DNA of 64,000 nt, taken from assembly GCF_018977255.1 (NCBI RefSeq), contig NW_024704743.1, forward strand, positions 79,796,001 to 79,860,000. Reading direction: 5' to 3'. The stretch is from Callorhinchus milii. Taxonomy: Eukaryota. Under the pieces are notes generated by a model. That model saw only the letters and a program-made list of their open reading frames with translations. It did not search any database and was not told the DNA's origin. A program made the translations under genes and the position numbers. The stretch's first letter is position 1; each line of letters starts with the position of its first letter. Positions 26,491 to 38,835 of the stretch are shown here, piece after piece.

Positions 26491-27354
26491 GGAGGAGGGC
26501 AACATATGACAAGCTTAAAGGCAAATTACACTTACGAAAAAAACACAGATATCAGGTGACGGGATGGGGGGCTAGCCCAGCAATGTATAAACTAGCTCCA
26601 ATTGCCTTACACACTTGTATTTGCTTTGGTGTCAGAGAAAAAGTCAAATGGACCACCTCACTGCCAGAGAGCATCACCTCAGTTAATGAAACTTCAGGTG
26701 CTGGTCACCATGCACTATCTTGCTTTAGAAACATCTCTCCAGCTTGTTCTGGATTGGATATGGAGCATTTTTGGGAGAAGGTCCACAACCATGACTAGCC
26801 CAACCTTATTGCAAAGTACTGGAAAAATATTTGCTGGTGTTTCAGGTAGGACCAATTTACCCATTCCAGCTTTGGCTTGCAACTCCATGAGACCAGGACG
26901 TTGTGTCATCTCAGGTTTCAAAAGATGAGAAACCTGAGGAAAAATATTGTTTTTAACCATTTAACCTACAGTTGTAAATGAACACATGGAGCTCATTTGG
27001 TTACTGCCTCTTAGTAAAGCTTATCTCTTGGCAGAAGGAATTGATGGATAGATATCATGTCACAAAGTTCCACATCTGATAAAGTAAGATCGGTGTCAAT
27101 CAGTAACTGTCTGATTTTAAATTGTTTTTAAACAACATTTCTGCAACTTCAAACTAACAAACTAATAATCCTTGCATTTGATATAGAGCCTTATCACATT
27201 GTTGAGACGTCTCAAAGCTGAACACAGCCGTGTGATTTTCAAGAGTTAAATAAATTAGTAACCCATCGATTTTTATCTATAGTTAGGAGAAGTTTGGAGT
27301 TCTGCCAGTGTTGTGTCTATGTCTTATCTTAGAACAAGTCAGTGTCTCCAGGAC

Positions 27355-27830
27355 AACAACAAGTTGTATTTTTATATTGCCTTTCACATAGGATATAATT
27401 TCAGAGCATTTTATGAGGACCAGATTGGCCCCTGAGTGAGGGAGGTGTGGGGGGTGAGGGGTTGGAGAGGGAGGGAGAAGGAGATCATCATAACCTCGGT
27501 CAAATAATTAGGTTTTTAGACAGGATTTAAGTTGGATAAAGAGGGGATAAGATGAAGGAGTAGAGGGAGGGAGTTCCAAAAGTAAGGGGTGTAGTAGCTC
27601 AAGGCTACCTAGCTGAAAGAGTGGCCATTGATGCTAAAGTGGGAGGTGTGGGAATGTGAGACAACCTGAGTTAGCCGAGCGGAGGGGTTGAGCTGAGACG
27701 TTGGGTAAAAAATTATAGAAAAATGGATGTACTAGGATGTGAAGGGGTTTATAAGTGAGGGTGATGATTTGAAATTGAGCTGTACGGATGGGTGGCAGAG
27801 TTTGGGATCAGCTGGAGCGGGAAAATGGAG
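27355..27830 (-). mobile_element. Old L2 3' fragment
   Basis: Purine-rich plus strand similar to the reverse L2 3' end (GGGAGTTCCA, GTGAGGGTGATGATTTGAA). Confidence 0.55.
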
Positions 27831-28129
27831 AAATTGGCAATCTTTTTCTGACATGTATTGATTTCACAAATTAAGGGGAAAATGTTTCAGAAACTTCAGG
27901 TGCCATTTTGGAGAAGTGATTCCAGCCATTGATGCCCATAATAAAACTCCTCAGTTGTGCTAGTTTAGGTGGATTTTTCACTCCATAGTCTGGCCTGGGA
28001 ATATTCCTGCAGTAAGATAAAGTATTCCTTTGGGTATGCACAGATATTTAATCAGAAAACACCTTAATCATACATAATATCTAGCCTGCGTGAAGGGTAC
28101 TCCATAAAATGCAAGTTGCTGTATTAAAA

Positions 28130-28440
28130 ATCCCCTGCATTCTGATATAATGCCTTTTCGGATTGTCAAAACGTGTTAAAGCACTTCACAACATATGCTG
28201 TAAAGTGTAGTGACTTTGTGTTTTGTGGGACAAATTGGGCACAGCAATGCCTACAACAGCCATGAATTGAATGAACAATTTTATTTGGGAGATTGTTGGC
28301 AAAGAAACCCAGAAAAACTCCAGCACTGTATTGAAGCGGTGGCTGGACTATAACCATGAGACAAAGTCCTAATGTGGGGCTTGAACCCATAACCTTCTGA
28401 CTCAGAGATGAGAGTGTTTCTAACTGAACCAGCATGTCAC
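28130..28440 (-). mobile_element. SINE family B with internal deletion
   Basis: Reverse head and tail. Confidence 0.75.
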
Positions 28441-28467
28441 TTAGATCTCTGAAATAGGGGCACTCAC

Positions 28468-28875
28468 AGTGATTTTGTATTCAAGAAACAAGGTGAAAGG
28501 CTGAGACCCAGAGAATAATTTAGCAAAGTTCAGAGACAATTTTAGTGCGGTAGAGTGGTAAAAATAGAGACACAGGAAAGATTACAAGAAAAGGAGACAG
28601 TGAAGAGGGAAGGATAATCTATCAGAGCACCATCCTTTTCCTGTATCCTGCCCAGAGTTTGAGTTGAGTGAGTGGAAAAGCTCACTGACAAGGTGCGGAT
28701 AACGCCCAACATCAATAATAATGATAGATGAGAATACAGCAACAGAGGGAGGGGCTGTGCCAAGTCTTGAAGTTAGACGAAAATAGTGAGCCATTTGGGT
28801 CAGCTTTCTGCTAAGGCAAGCTGGGACCATAAACATCAAGAAGGGAGAGTGCAGAAAAAGAGCTACTAGAGACAG
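28468..28875 (-). pseudogene. Hydrophobic exon-like block with one in-frame TAA (28582-28584)
   Basis: AAAG| acceptor after a pyrimidine tract and strong ACT|GTGAGT donor; 136 codons with a single stop: LSLVALFLHSPFLMFMVPACLSRK...PPSVAVFSSIIIIDVGRY...LSFPLHCLLFL*SFLCLYFYHSTALKLSL... Confidence 0.4.
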
Positions 28876-29119
28876 CTTTTGCAAGACACCAAGAGGAGGG
28901 GCAGGAAGACAACAGCTGACATTCTCTTTGAATCATATTTTGTTTAGCGGTTCAAGTGTCGACTAACAGAGAATAGGAGCTGCGAGTAAGTTGGTTTAGG
29001 TGCGTAAAAATCGAATGGAATATAACGTGTAAGAAGAGTCCTCAACTCCAGGACCACTGCTGTCCTAACAGGTTGCCTGTCATGTTCTGGATTAACCTTA
29101 TCTTATTTCATTTGAAAGT

Positions 29120-29530
29120 CGACAAAACCAAAAACTTCCTGCTTGGCTCCCACCAATGCCTTTTTATTTTTGTATCTAATCGTATCAACCTGCCCAGCTG
29201 CTCATTCTAGTTCATGGAATCGGGATGCAATCTTGGCATTTTGTTTGACCTTCAGCTCTTCCTAAGTCCAACATCTGTTCCATGACTAAGGCCTCTTTTC
29301 TCCACCTCTTTCACGATCTTCCCTCCCCCTCCACCCCATGCAACTGAACCGCTCATCATGCCTTTGCCATCACCAGATTTGATTTCTTTGATGGCCTCCT
29401 TGTTGGTCTTCCTACTTCTACCCTTCATAAAGCTGCAGCTTGTCCAGAACTCTACAGGCTATATTTGCTCTTGCATCAGCTTCCCCCAGCCCATCACCCT
29501 ATCCTTGCCAGGCTCCATGGCTGCCTGTTC
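29120..29530 (+). mobile_element. Old L2 fragment
   Basis: Degenerate NLGILFD and KLQLVQNS motifs. Confidence 0.65.
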
Positions 29531-30408
29531 CCCAGGGGAGCTTTCACATCCTTCCACACCTTTGCTTCACCTACCCAGCCACTGTGGTCCTGCTCACTTG
29601 TATACTCTCCAAAATCCTCCACCTCACACCCTCACTTTCTGTTTTAACCCTTCTATGTTTTGCCCACAAAATATACAGTCAATTCACTTTGCAGTATATT
29701 CTGTGAAGCATTTGGAGATGTCTCAACAAAGTGCTAAGGCGTTATATCATATACAACAATAATAATTATTGTTATTCTATATATAGAGTTATTATTCTAT
29801 GTATCTTTGACTGCACCTTCAGTCATTTCCTACTCCAATCCCCCCTTTTCCCATTTTCCTCAGGTTTGTAAGCCACCTCTATAAAACGCTTTGAGACAAT
29901 CATTTTACATGAACGACACCATATAGGTACAAGTTGTTGTTTTAAGAGGGAAACGGGAAAGAGGAAGAGCCAGAAAGAGGAGACCCTTGGGTTTCAGTGA
30001 GGAACAATGGATGAGAGCGAGATGACTAGACACAAGTGGTCGAAAATGAGGTCAGAGAAGGTACCATATAGTTTCAGAAGTGTATGACAAGTGAGCCAAA
30101 CTAATCAGAAATGTTTGAAAGTGCTTCCAGTGGCTGACCGAGCCAAGTTTTATAAGCCCAGGAACATAGTCAGAGAACATCCCTTAGGCAAAAAAGTGAA
30201 GTTAGTTAGCTAAGTTTTCCTTATGATTATTATGATTATAGCAGTTATTTAAGCATTGCCTCTGACAGGTGAGGTGAAGTGCACCTGGTTCCGGAACAGC
30301 GCTGTGCTGTCTGCACCCACATGCGTTTCCACTGACACCTCCAATGAGGGAAATGTAAGTGAAGCAATGAAACAGGACAGTATGCAACATTTCACAGCAA
30401 GTATAGAG

Positions 30409-31965
30409 CAACAACAACAACAACAAGATTGCATTTATAGAGCGCCTTTCACGTCGGGAGGATGTCCCAAGGCACTGGACAGTTGGGTCGGGACCCGAGC
30501 AGGGGGGAAATGGTCAGGGTGAGGGGAGAGAACGGAGGGAGCGAGGAGGGGGTAGAGAGCCGAGAGGGAAGCTGAAGGCACGGTCAAAGAGAAAGGTCTT
30601 GAGACCGGCCTTGAAGGAGGAAAGGGAGGAAGCGGCGAAGGCACTGGGGATGGAGTTCCAGAGCCTAGGGACTGAGAGGCCGAAGGCCCGGCCACCGATG
30701 GTAGGGCGGTTGGGGCGGGGGATGTGGAGCAGACCGGAGCCAGAGGAACGGAGGGTACGGGCAGGTAAGTAGGGGGATAGTAGGTCGGAGAGATAGGAGG
30801 GAGCAAGGCCGTGAATGGCCTTGTAGGTGAGGATGAGGATCTTGAATTCGATCCTCTGGGGGATGGGGAGCCAGTGGAGGCGAGCGAGGGTGGGTGTAAT
30901 CCCGAAGCCTGGTGTGGGACAGTACACGAGCTGCAGAGTTCTGAATGACCTGCAGCTTGTGGAGGGAGGTGCCGGGAAGGCCGACGAGGAGAGAGTTCCC
31001 ATAGTCCAGCCTTGAGGTGATAAAAGCGTGGACCAGAGTTTCAGCAGCGTGTGGGGTGAGGTAGTGCCGTAGTCTGGCGATGTTCCGGAGGTGGTGGAAG
31101 ACGGTGCCAGTTGTGGCGCGGATGTGGGGAAGAAAGGACAGCTCAGGTTCGAACAGAACCCGAGGTTCCTGACCGGCTTTGAGAGGTGGAGAGTGCAGCC
31201 TTGGATGCTGATGTTGTGAGCGCCTGAGGTGCGGAGGCGCTGACGTGAGCCAATCAGGAGGGCCTCAGTTTTGCGCACGTTGAGCTGGAGAAAGTTGTCT
31301 CTCGTCCAGGACTCGATGTCGGACAGGCATCGGTGGTCGTGGAGTTGAGGGTAGAGGAGGAAAGGTAGAGTTGGGTGTCACCCGCATACATGTGGAAGTT
31401 AACCCCATGTCTGCGGATGATGTCACCAAAGGGGAGCATATAGAGGGTGAAGAGGAGGGGACCGAGGACAGAGCCCTGAGGGACACCACACGAGACAGTG
31501 CGGGGGCTGGAGGAAAAGCCGTTAGTGGAGATAAAATGAAGACAGTGGGAGAGGTAGGACCTAAACCACTCAAGGACAGGGCCTTGAAGGTTGAGGTGGG
31601 AGGACATGTGGTGGAGGAGGATAGAGTGGTCGACCGTATCGAATGTGGCCGATAGGTCGAGGAGGACGAGGAGGCAGAGGGAGCCCTGGTCGCAGATGGT
31701 CAAGATGTCATTAGTGACCTTGACCAGGGCAGTTTCCGTGCTATGGGCAGCATGGAAACCCGACTGGAGGGGTTCAAAAAGTGAATGGGTGGAGAGGAAA
31801 GAGCGCAGCTGGGAGGCGACGACTCTTTCGAGAACTTTGGACAGGAAGGGGAGGTTGGAGATGGGCCGGTAGCTTGATAGCTGCGATGCATCGAGGGAGG
31901 GATTTTTCAGTATGGCAGTTTTGAGGGGAATGGGAAGAGAGCCAGAGGAGAGGGACAGGTTAAGA
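30409..31965 (-). mobile_element. 5'-truncated L2 LINE, same subfamily as 44611-46304
   Basis: ORFs 31254-32057 and 30514-31278 encode RT motifs; (CAA)n tail at 30409-30426; near-identical to the 44.6-kb copy. Confidence 0.95.
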
Positions 31966-32751
31966 GCAGATGCAATAAACATTACTAAATGCAATTCACT
32001 GAACAATCCCTGAGTCGTGACAATATCATTCTTCAGCACAAAAAGCTCTGCATTCATTTTCCAGAAGCTTAGAAAATAGCTTTAGACACAACACATAGTA
32101 AATAAAAGCAGCTGGTGTCCTGTACATTTGCACTCCTTAGATACAGTAAATATTGTCCAGACTGAAATACACATGTTAACTCTTCAAGACTATTTTACTA
32201 TCAACTTAAATGTTAAATTTGCATATAAGCAACACACTGAAATAATGCTTTGCTCACTTTTGTGCACTTAATATTACACACACTGAACATAAGAAACCGG
32301 AGCAGGAGGAGGACAATCAGGTTTTGAACCTGTTGCAACAGTTTATTATATCTTGGCAGTACCTCCAACGATGTACCACACCACCACATTGGAGTGTCAG
32401 CTTAAAACTGTGGCTTGAACCCACAATCTTCTGACTCAGTGGCAGGAGTGCTACCAACTGGCCAAAATGATACCCTGCAAAAGATAAGGTGGACTCAGTT
32501 CTCAGGGGTCCATTCTTACACAATGGCTTTTTTGTTTGTTAACACATCTTATATCCTAAACAATATGTAATTCATCTTTCCTGGATGCACACTGTTGAAT
32601 TTTCATTTCATTCCCGACTTGAAGACTTTGCCAATATTCTTGTGTGTTAACTATGTATATGTATGATCATCTGAACAGTAAACACTTTCCTTCTCATTGC
32701 TGTTATATAGAAGTTTTTTTTATCAGATACCACAAAATACCTACATATATC

Positions 32752-33180
32752 TGTGTTAGCCTGGCTCAGTTGGTAGCACTCTCGCCTCTGAGTCAGAAGG
32801 TGTGGGTTCAAGCCCCATGGCGAGACTTTGAATTCATATCGTCCAAACTGACATCCCAATCAGTGCTGGGGTGTGCTGCATTTTTGGCAAGTGCTGTCCA
32901 TCAGATGAGTCTTAAAACCAAGGTCCCTTCTTCTTGTTTATTTGGACATTAAAGATCTCATGGCATAACTAGGAAAAAAATGGGATTTTCTCCCAGTATC
33001 TTGGCCAACAGATAAAATTGGTCATTCACTTTATGGCTGTTTGTGGGACGTTGCTGTGTACAAATTAGCTGCTGCGTTCACTTACAAAATACATAGTGAC
33101 TACACTTTACAGTATATTTTGTGAAAACGTCCTTCCTACGTGAAAAACACTATACCAAATGCAAGAATTATTATTTTATT
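32752..33180 (+). mobile_element. SINE family B, near full length
   Basis: GCCTGGCTCAGTTGGTAGCACTCTCGCCTCTGAGTCAGAAGG head through to the ATGCAAGAATTATTA tail. Confidence 0.9.
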
Positions 33181-33437
33181 ATGGTAAATTCTGACAGAGC
33201 ATTTATTCCCACTGATGATACACAAACCGATTCATAATTCAATCTGTTAAATTGTTAACATAGAAATGTGTGCAAGACAACAATGCTTGTTAAAGGAAGT
33301 AGTGAATGACAATAGGATCCATTGCCTTGTGTTGTAAACTGCTCTGTTGGCCATGTTTAGAATGATTTATGGATGTGCATTTCCATCTTGAATTTCTACT
33401 TACCCAATCACTTATTGCCACTATACGTATTGCTACT

Positions 33438-33800
33438 ATAATGATAATAATCCTTGCATTTGATATAGCGTCTTCGAGACATCTCAAAGCGCTTCATAGA
33501 ATATACTGTAAAGTGAATTGACTGTATATTCTGTGGGCGAAACACGGTAGCCAATTGCGAACAGCATGTCCCACAAACAATCATGGATTGAAGTGACCAA
33601 TTTATTATTATTTTCTCTGAAGGAACTATTACCCCCGGAAAAGCAATCCACCAATCGACTAACAACCGGGTGCCTACTTACTCCTAGGTAAACAGAGGCG
33701 TGTGGAGTAAGAAACTTGACCAACATTTTACCCTACCGTGAATCGAACCCAGGTCTCTCGCTTGCGAGGCGAGTGCTCTAACCATTGGGCTACAGGACTC
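33438..33800 (-). mobile_element. SINE family A, long variant
   Basis: Same head and tail plus an internal GTTTACCTAG(G/C)AGTAAGTAGG segment. Confidence 0.9.
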
Positions 33801-35686
33801 ATCTAATGTTGAGCCATTAAGTTGGGGAAGGTCTTTCAAGGTTTTAATAATATTACAGAAAAAGAAATAAGAAGAGCAACCAGCTAAGTTTATGTGTCAA
33901 AATATATCAGAATAGACTTGATGAGCTGAATGACCTGTTTTTGTGCTGCAGTGTTCTATGTGGGAGGAAATGTATGCTAGACAATATAATAACTATCATC
34001 ACCAGTGATAACTTATCAGTAATAATTATCATCAGCATCAATTTGCAGTTGTATAGCAACTTCGTAGAATAATGTCTTGGATTGCTGCAGTGACATGGGC
34101 ACACACTGACAGGGGGAAGTGAGATGAGGAAAAGGGGTATCGAGCTGAGCATCACCAGTGATAACTATCACAAAGACCAAACAAATGGGATTAAAAGACC
34201 TCCTCTAAACCTGTCTAAAATGACGAGCCCTGAGCCGGGCAACCTTCCACTCCCAACTTCTACAGAATGTTTTCTCCCTATCAGGCTTTTGAGAATCAAA
34301 ATGTTAAGAAACTGAGGCCTTTTAACTTCGTAATCTCGACTTCAGTACAGCATCTCTCCGACATTGTCGGAATCAAAATAGCCCTCTGTGGCCGTCTTGT
34401 TAGTCTTGTTTCTGTGCCAGCCGAATCTACAGTATTCCAGGGCACTGCTGATAACAGCCCAGCCAGCCTGGATCATGGGCAGAACTTGGAAGTGCAATGG
34501 GGGAATGGAGTCATCCCACTCAATTCCTGTTAACCCTGCAAGCAAAAGCCCAACAGATAGGTTAGTCCTAGCTAGACAACCAGCAAAAAAAAATTAAAGG
34601 ACAGTGTGCTAATTGTCAGGGACCAACTTGACATTTAGAATTAGAAATTTGGAGCTTATAGGCACAAACCAAGCATTAAGAAAAATACTCTGAAAGATAA
34701 GAAAACCTTTCACAATAAAAGAGTGAAACCATTCATTGTTTGTTGGTTAGGAAGAAGTTTAATTCTTATCCATATGGAGTTTATAACAGAATTTGATTCC
34801 TTCAAACTCAATCCAAGTTATCCAAGCTATTTTTATGATTTATTTCTTATAGTAGTGAAACTTGCACGCAGATGTTGAGAAATAGATGAGATCAGGGCGA
34901 TTTATTTTGGTCAGCCAGGCATCTGACACGCGCGGAAACCCATCACCACACTTAAGGATATCCAAACCAGACTGAGAGTCCCACATGTACATGCTACCTA
35001 CATATGGACATTTCTTTGTGTCTGGATTGAAATGCACACGCTCGTCTCAGAGGAAAGCATCTTGCTTACCTAATTCCTGAGAGTATTACGTAAATGTTTC
35101 CTAGAATGATACAGCATGGAAGCAGGCCGTTTGGCCCTTCTGGTCTGTGCTGGTGTTTATTCTCCACACGAGCTACCACCCTCCATATTGCCTTCATCTA
35201 TACCCTTTATATTCCGTTTGTGGTTTAAATCCACAACCCCCTGACTCAGAGGCAAGAATAGCATTATCAGGTGCGGTTTGCAAAGATCCAAGGTTTGGTG
35301 ACCCCAGTATGTGAGTTGGGGGAGGGGGTTAACCAGCTAAAACTGCATACAGTGACTTGTTATACCATGCTGTTGACCTGCTCTGTAGCAAGGTGTGATA
35401 GCTTGTTTAACTGTGTACAGGCCCAGCCGGCCAACTTAATCCCTGCATGCGGGACAGTTCCTGCGTGCAGGGATTAATTTGCGCAAAAGTGTTTTCATTG
35501 TACTCAATGGATGACAAAATTCAATGGTTCTGGAAGCACGTTTGACAGTAAAAGAGTTGTTCACTGTTATTAACAGCCAACAGTGAATTAAGAGTGTTGC
35601 TTGCTTCTTGAGACATTCGCTGGATTACGTAGTCCTGTGCTAGATGCCCTGCTCTGGAGCCTTACAGTCTAACTGATTCCCCTCAC

Positions 35687-35766
35687 ATATTTCAATGATA
35701 CGCGGCTTCCATTTCATATCTGTCGCTGTGGGAAAAGGGAAGCATGCCCCAAAACTGATCAGAAAC
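35687..35766 (-). CDS. Internal exon (R-FLISFGACFPFPTATDMKWKPRIIEI); may originally have extended to ~35480 across a frameshift
   Basis: Strong acceptor TTTTCTCTCTGTCGTTAG|, phase 2 matching the previous exon; possible donors after 35687 (GTGAGG) and 35666 (GTAAGG). Confidence 0.6.
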
Positions 35767-36689
35767 CTAACGACAGAGAGAAAATAACAGCAGTCAGCAG
35801 GTTGCACAATCAGGTGACACAGGCTTGAACTCAGAAGAGGGAAAGTGAAGACGCTTCAGACTTAATTACTTCACACTGAGAGTGGTGAATATTGTATGTG
35901 GAACTGTTGCCTCGGGAGACGGGGAGGCAGATTGTGTCAGCAATTTCAAGAGTGAATTAAATAGCTATTTGCCAAATAAATCGATTGAGGGTATGAGACA
36001 CGTTGCAATGTACAATTATTTACCATTTTACTTTAGGATCAGACGGATGGACTTTCCCAGTCCTGTATATTCTTATGTAATATTGCTTAACATCTCTATA
36101 TTTGATTTAAATTGAACACTATCAATAGGAAATTTCTACTTTGTTGCCATTGTTGCCATATCCAGATGTAAGGCGACTTAGCAAAAGATTTGAAAGACGC
36201 ATGCATGTGCATCTTTTACTTCTGCTTAATGCTGTAATTACAACAAAGAACTGCAAATGTAGCCACATCCTTTACCTCAACTTTCAGCAGCTTATAGCAC
36301 TCTGCTCCTCAGTCATTCATAATTCTTGCATTCATTTGCACATTTCAGATTCACACATTTGTGAAGAACCGATGAAAACTGGACTCCCTGAAAATTGCAT
36401 TGATGTTGTCTGGAAATGAACTAGTTTGATGCCTGACACTTCATTTATTTATTTTTAGATCATGGCTGGTTTCAGTATGACAGAACCTGCAACTGCTGTG
36501 GTGGTGGTGAAATCCAACTCTTGTGTGTGTGTGTGTGTGCGAGGGGGTTCTCCACCCTTCTCATAAGGAATTGGCTTGTCCTGGGGCACAGCTCTGCAGA
36601 CATTGGCTGCTCTCTGAGAGGTAGCCTCATGTATGTGGGTATCCTTTGCAGATATAGTTGGTGAGTGTCAGCAGGTCTCAAGAGATGAG

Positions 36690-37120
36690 AGTTTGGATGA
36701 GAAAATCCCTTCAGTCCATTTGATCTTATACCTCCAGCATACCCATCCTGCTGCCTTTCCATCACAGCAACAAGCTGTTTTTAAACGAGTCCAGCCTGCT
36801 GGCCTCAAACACCCTTCCTGGTAACTTGTTCCAATTGTTAATTACCTTCTGGGGAAAGAAGAAACTTCCTGGTGTCTGACCTAAAATTATCCTGAACAAT
36901 CTTGTCTTTGTACGTCCGAAGCTATTGTTCTGAGTTTGCTTGCGAGTTCACAACCGCATTTAAAATTGTATGTACCTTTATAAGGTCCCCTCTGAGTCGT
37001 TGTCACTCAAGACTGAAAAGCCCTAGCTTGTCTAATCATTGCTCATAGCTCATGCCTCTTATGTGGAGAATTGTCCTTGTTGCTCTCCTTTATAATGCCT
37101 CAAGGGCCTAGGCAGCCCCT
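36690..37120 (-). mobile_element. Old CR1 3' fragment
   Basis: Degenerate match to the CR1 3' end (CTTTTCAGTCTTGAG, AGAGGGGACCTTATA, GTAATTAACAATTGGAAC on the minus strand). Confidence 0.6.
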
Positions 37121-38226
37121 TGTGTTGCAGCTACAATCATTCAATACTGTGCGGAGTTTAGGTGGGGGGAAGAGACATAGTGTTTTCCTTACATGCTGTG
37201 CACGCATTAATACTGTTTTGCGGTCTGTGTCAATTTATAGGGATCAGAGCCCAGGCTGAATTTTTCCTCCATAGCTTGATGTAACCACATGCTACCAGTG
37301 GACTGGCCATCTAAAGTAACCATGCTATCACACGTTCTCTTCATAGAAAGATGCTTCCCAATTCCCTAATTCTGGTGAGTATTAGGCGCAGATTGACAAG
37401 AGCGAAGAGTCATTATGAGCACGAACTGGCAAGTTTCATATCAATTGCAAGGTTTATTATTTTTATTATTAAACTTGTCCACTGCCTGTCCAGCTAGGAC
37501 CAGCCTACCCATTAGGGCTTTGGCTTGAAGGATTAACCCTGCCCCAGTGACTGGTCTGCCCTTTCACGTCCTGCTGAAGATCCAGACTGGCTGTGCTGTC
37601 ATCAGCAGTGCCTGGAATACTGTGGACCCTGCCTTAGGATCCAGACTACTGAGACGCCCACAGAGAGTTGACTCACCAAAGAGCATATAACATGTTCCAA
37701 ATAATACCAAGATGTGGTAGAAAGTAAACTGCAGTTATAACAAGTAGTGTTTTATTCAAATTTTACATTTCTCAGTACAATGGAAACTTATTTTAGTGGA
37801 TTGAAGAATGAGACAATTAAATGGTTTTACAGGATGGTAACAGATATGGAACACAGATTCCCCACTTCAATAACCCCTCCCCCATCTCTACCCACCGACA
37901 CCAAGTAGGCTGGAGGCTAGTTACAAAATCAAAGAGAGTTGTTGATACAGTAATGATAAAAAAANGGCATGAATGTAAGTCGAATAGCATATAAAGGAGA
38001 AAGCTAGGTAAGCATTTAATCTCCCTCCTTGTTTCTCACTAATAATCTGAGGCAGCAGCCAGCAGTGAAGTGTCAGTGGAGTCCAGGGGTTTGTACTTTC
38101 ATCTCAAGCCTTCAACAGGAATACCAACAACAACAACTTGTGTTTATATAGTGTCCTCCACATAGGGCAGTGGCTCGGAGTGCTTACCAGTTTTTTGTGA
38201 ACTAAATAGCTAACGATATCTGATAC

Positions 38227-38352
38227 CTAGCAGTCAAAGGCATAAATCGCAAATCCAATATTGCGGACCTGGTTTCTTCACCATTGAGACTGGCCTCAGG
38301 GGTGGGGAGTGCAGGGGGTATGGAACGCTCCTCTTCCAGACCATTCAATGTT
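38227..38352 (-). CDS. Internal exon (R-TLNGLEEERSIPPALPTPEASLNGEETRSAILDLRFMPLTA)
   Basis: Acceptor ATATTTAG|, donor TAG|GTATCA; 126 nt, phase 2-2, in frame with both neighbouring exons. Confidence 0.6.
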
Positions 38353-38767
38353 CTAAATATTACATGAGCCACACATGTTACCCCTTCATTTCCAAACCCC
38401 AACAACGCTCATCAGTGCCTCCGTCGCACATATGTGGGATTTTCAGGAACAGCCTGAAAATAAAAAGATCTAAATCACTAAAACTAGCACCAAGAAAGGT
38501 GCAGCGAATGGCCTCCGACCACTTTGATCTTAAACCTTTGAAGTTGCCGCTGGCAGCAACTTTGTAAACAAATGTCACAATTTCCTAACATTTATCATGG
38601 CTAACAATCCACCAAAAGGTAGAACTCAAGTCTTCTGTCCACAAGTCACTTGATTGCTGCCTGCAAGAAGTTTTTTGAATTCTCCAACAGCTCAGTATAC
38701 AGTTATGAATAGGAATTAGATTTTTGTTTTCTCTGGCTACACATAATAGACAATTGTATTTGATTAC

Positions 38768-38835
38768 CTTTTTTCGTTGACAATTTGGGCGTGTGCGGCT
38801 GTTTCAGTGTTGCAACTGGTGTCTGGAGTCATTCC
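38768..38835 (-). CDS. Internal exon (GMTPDTSCNTETAAHAQIVNEK)
   Basis: Acceptor TTGTTTATTCTGCAG|, donor AAG|GTAATC; only one open frame; phase 0 in, phase 2 out. Confidence 0.6.
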
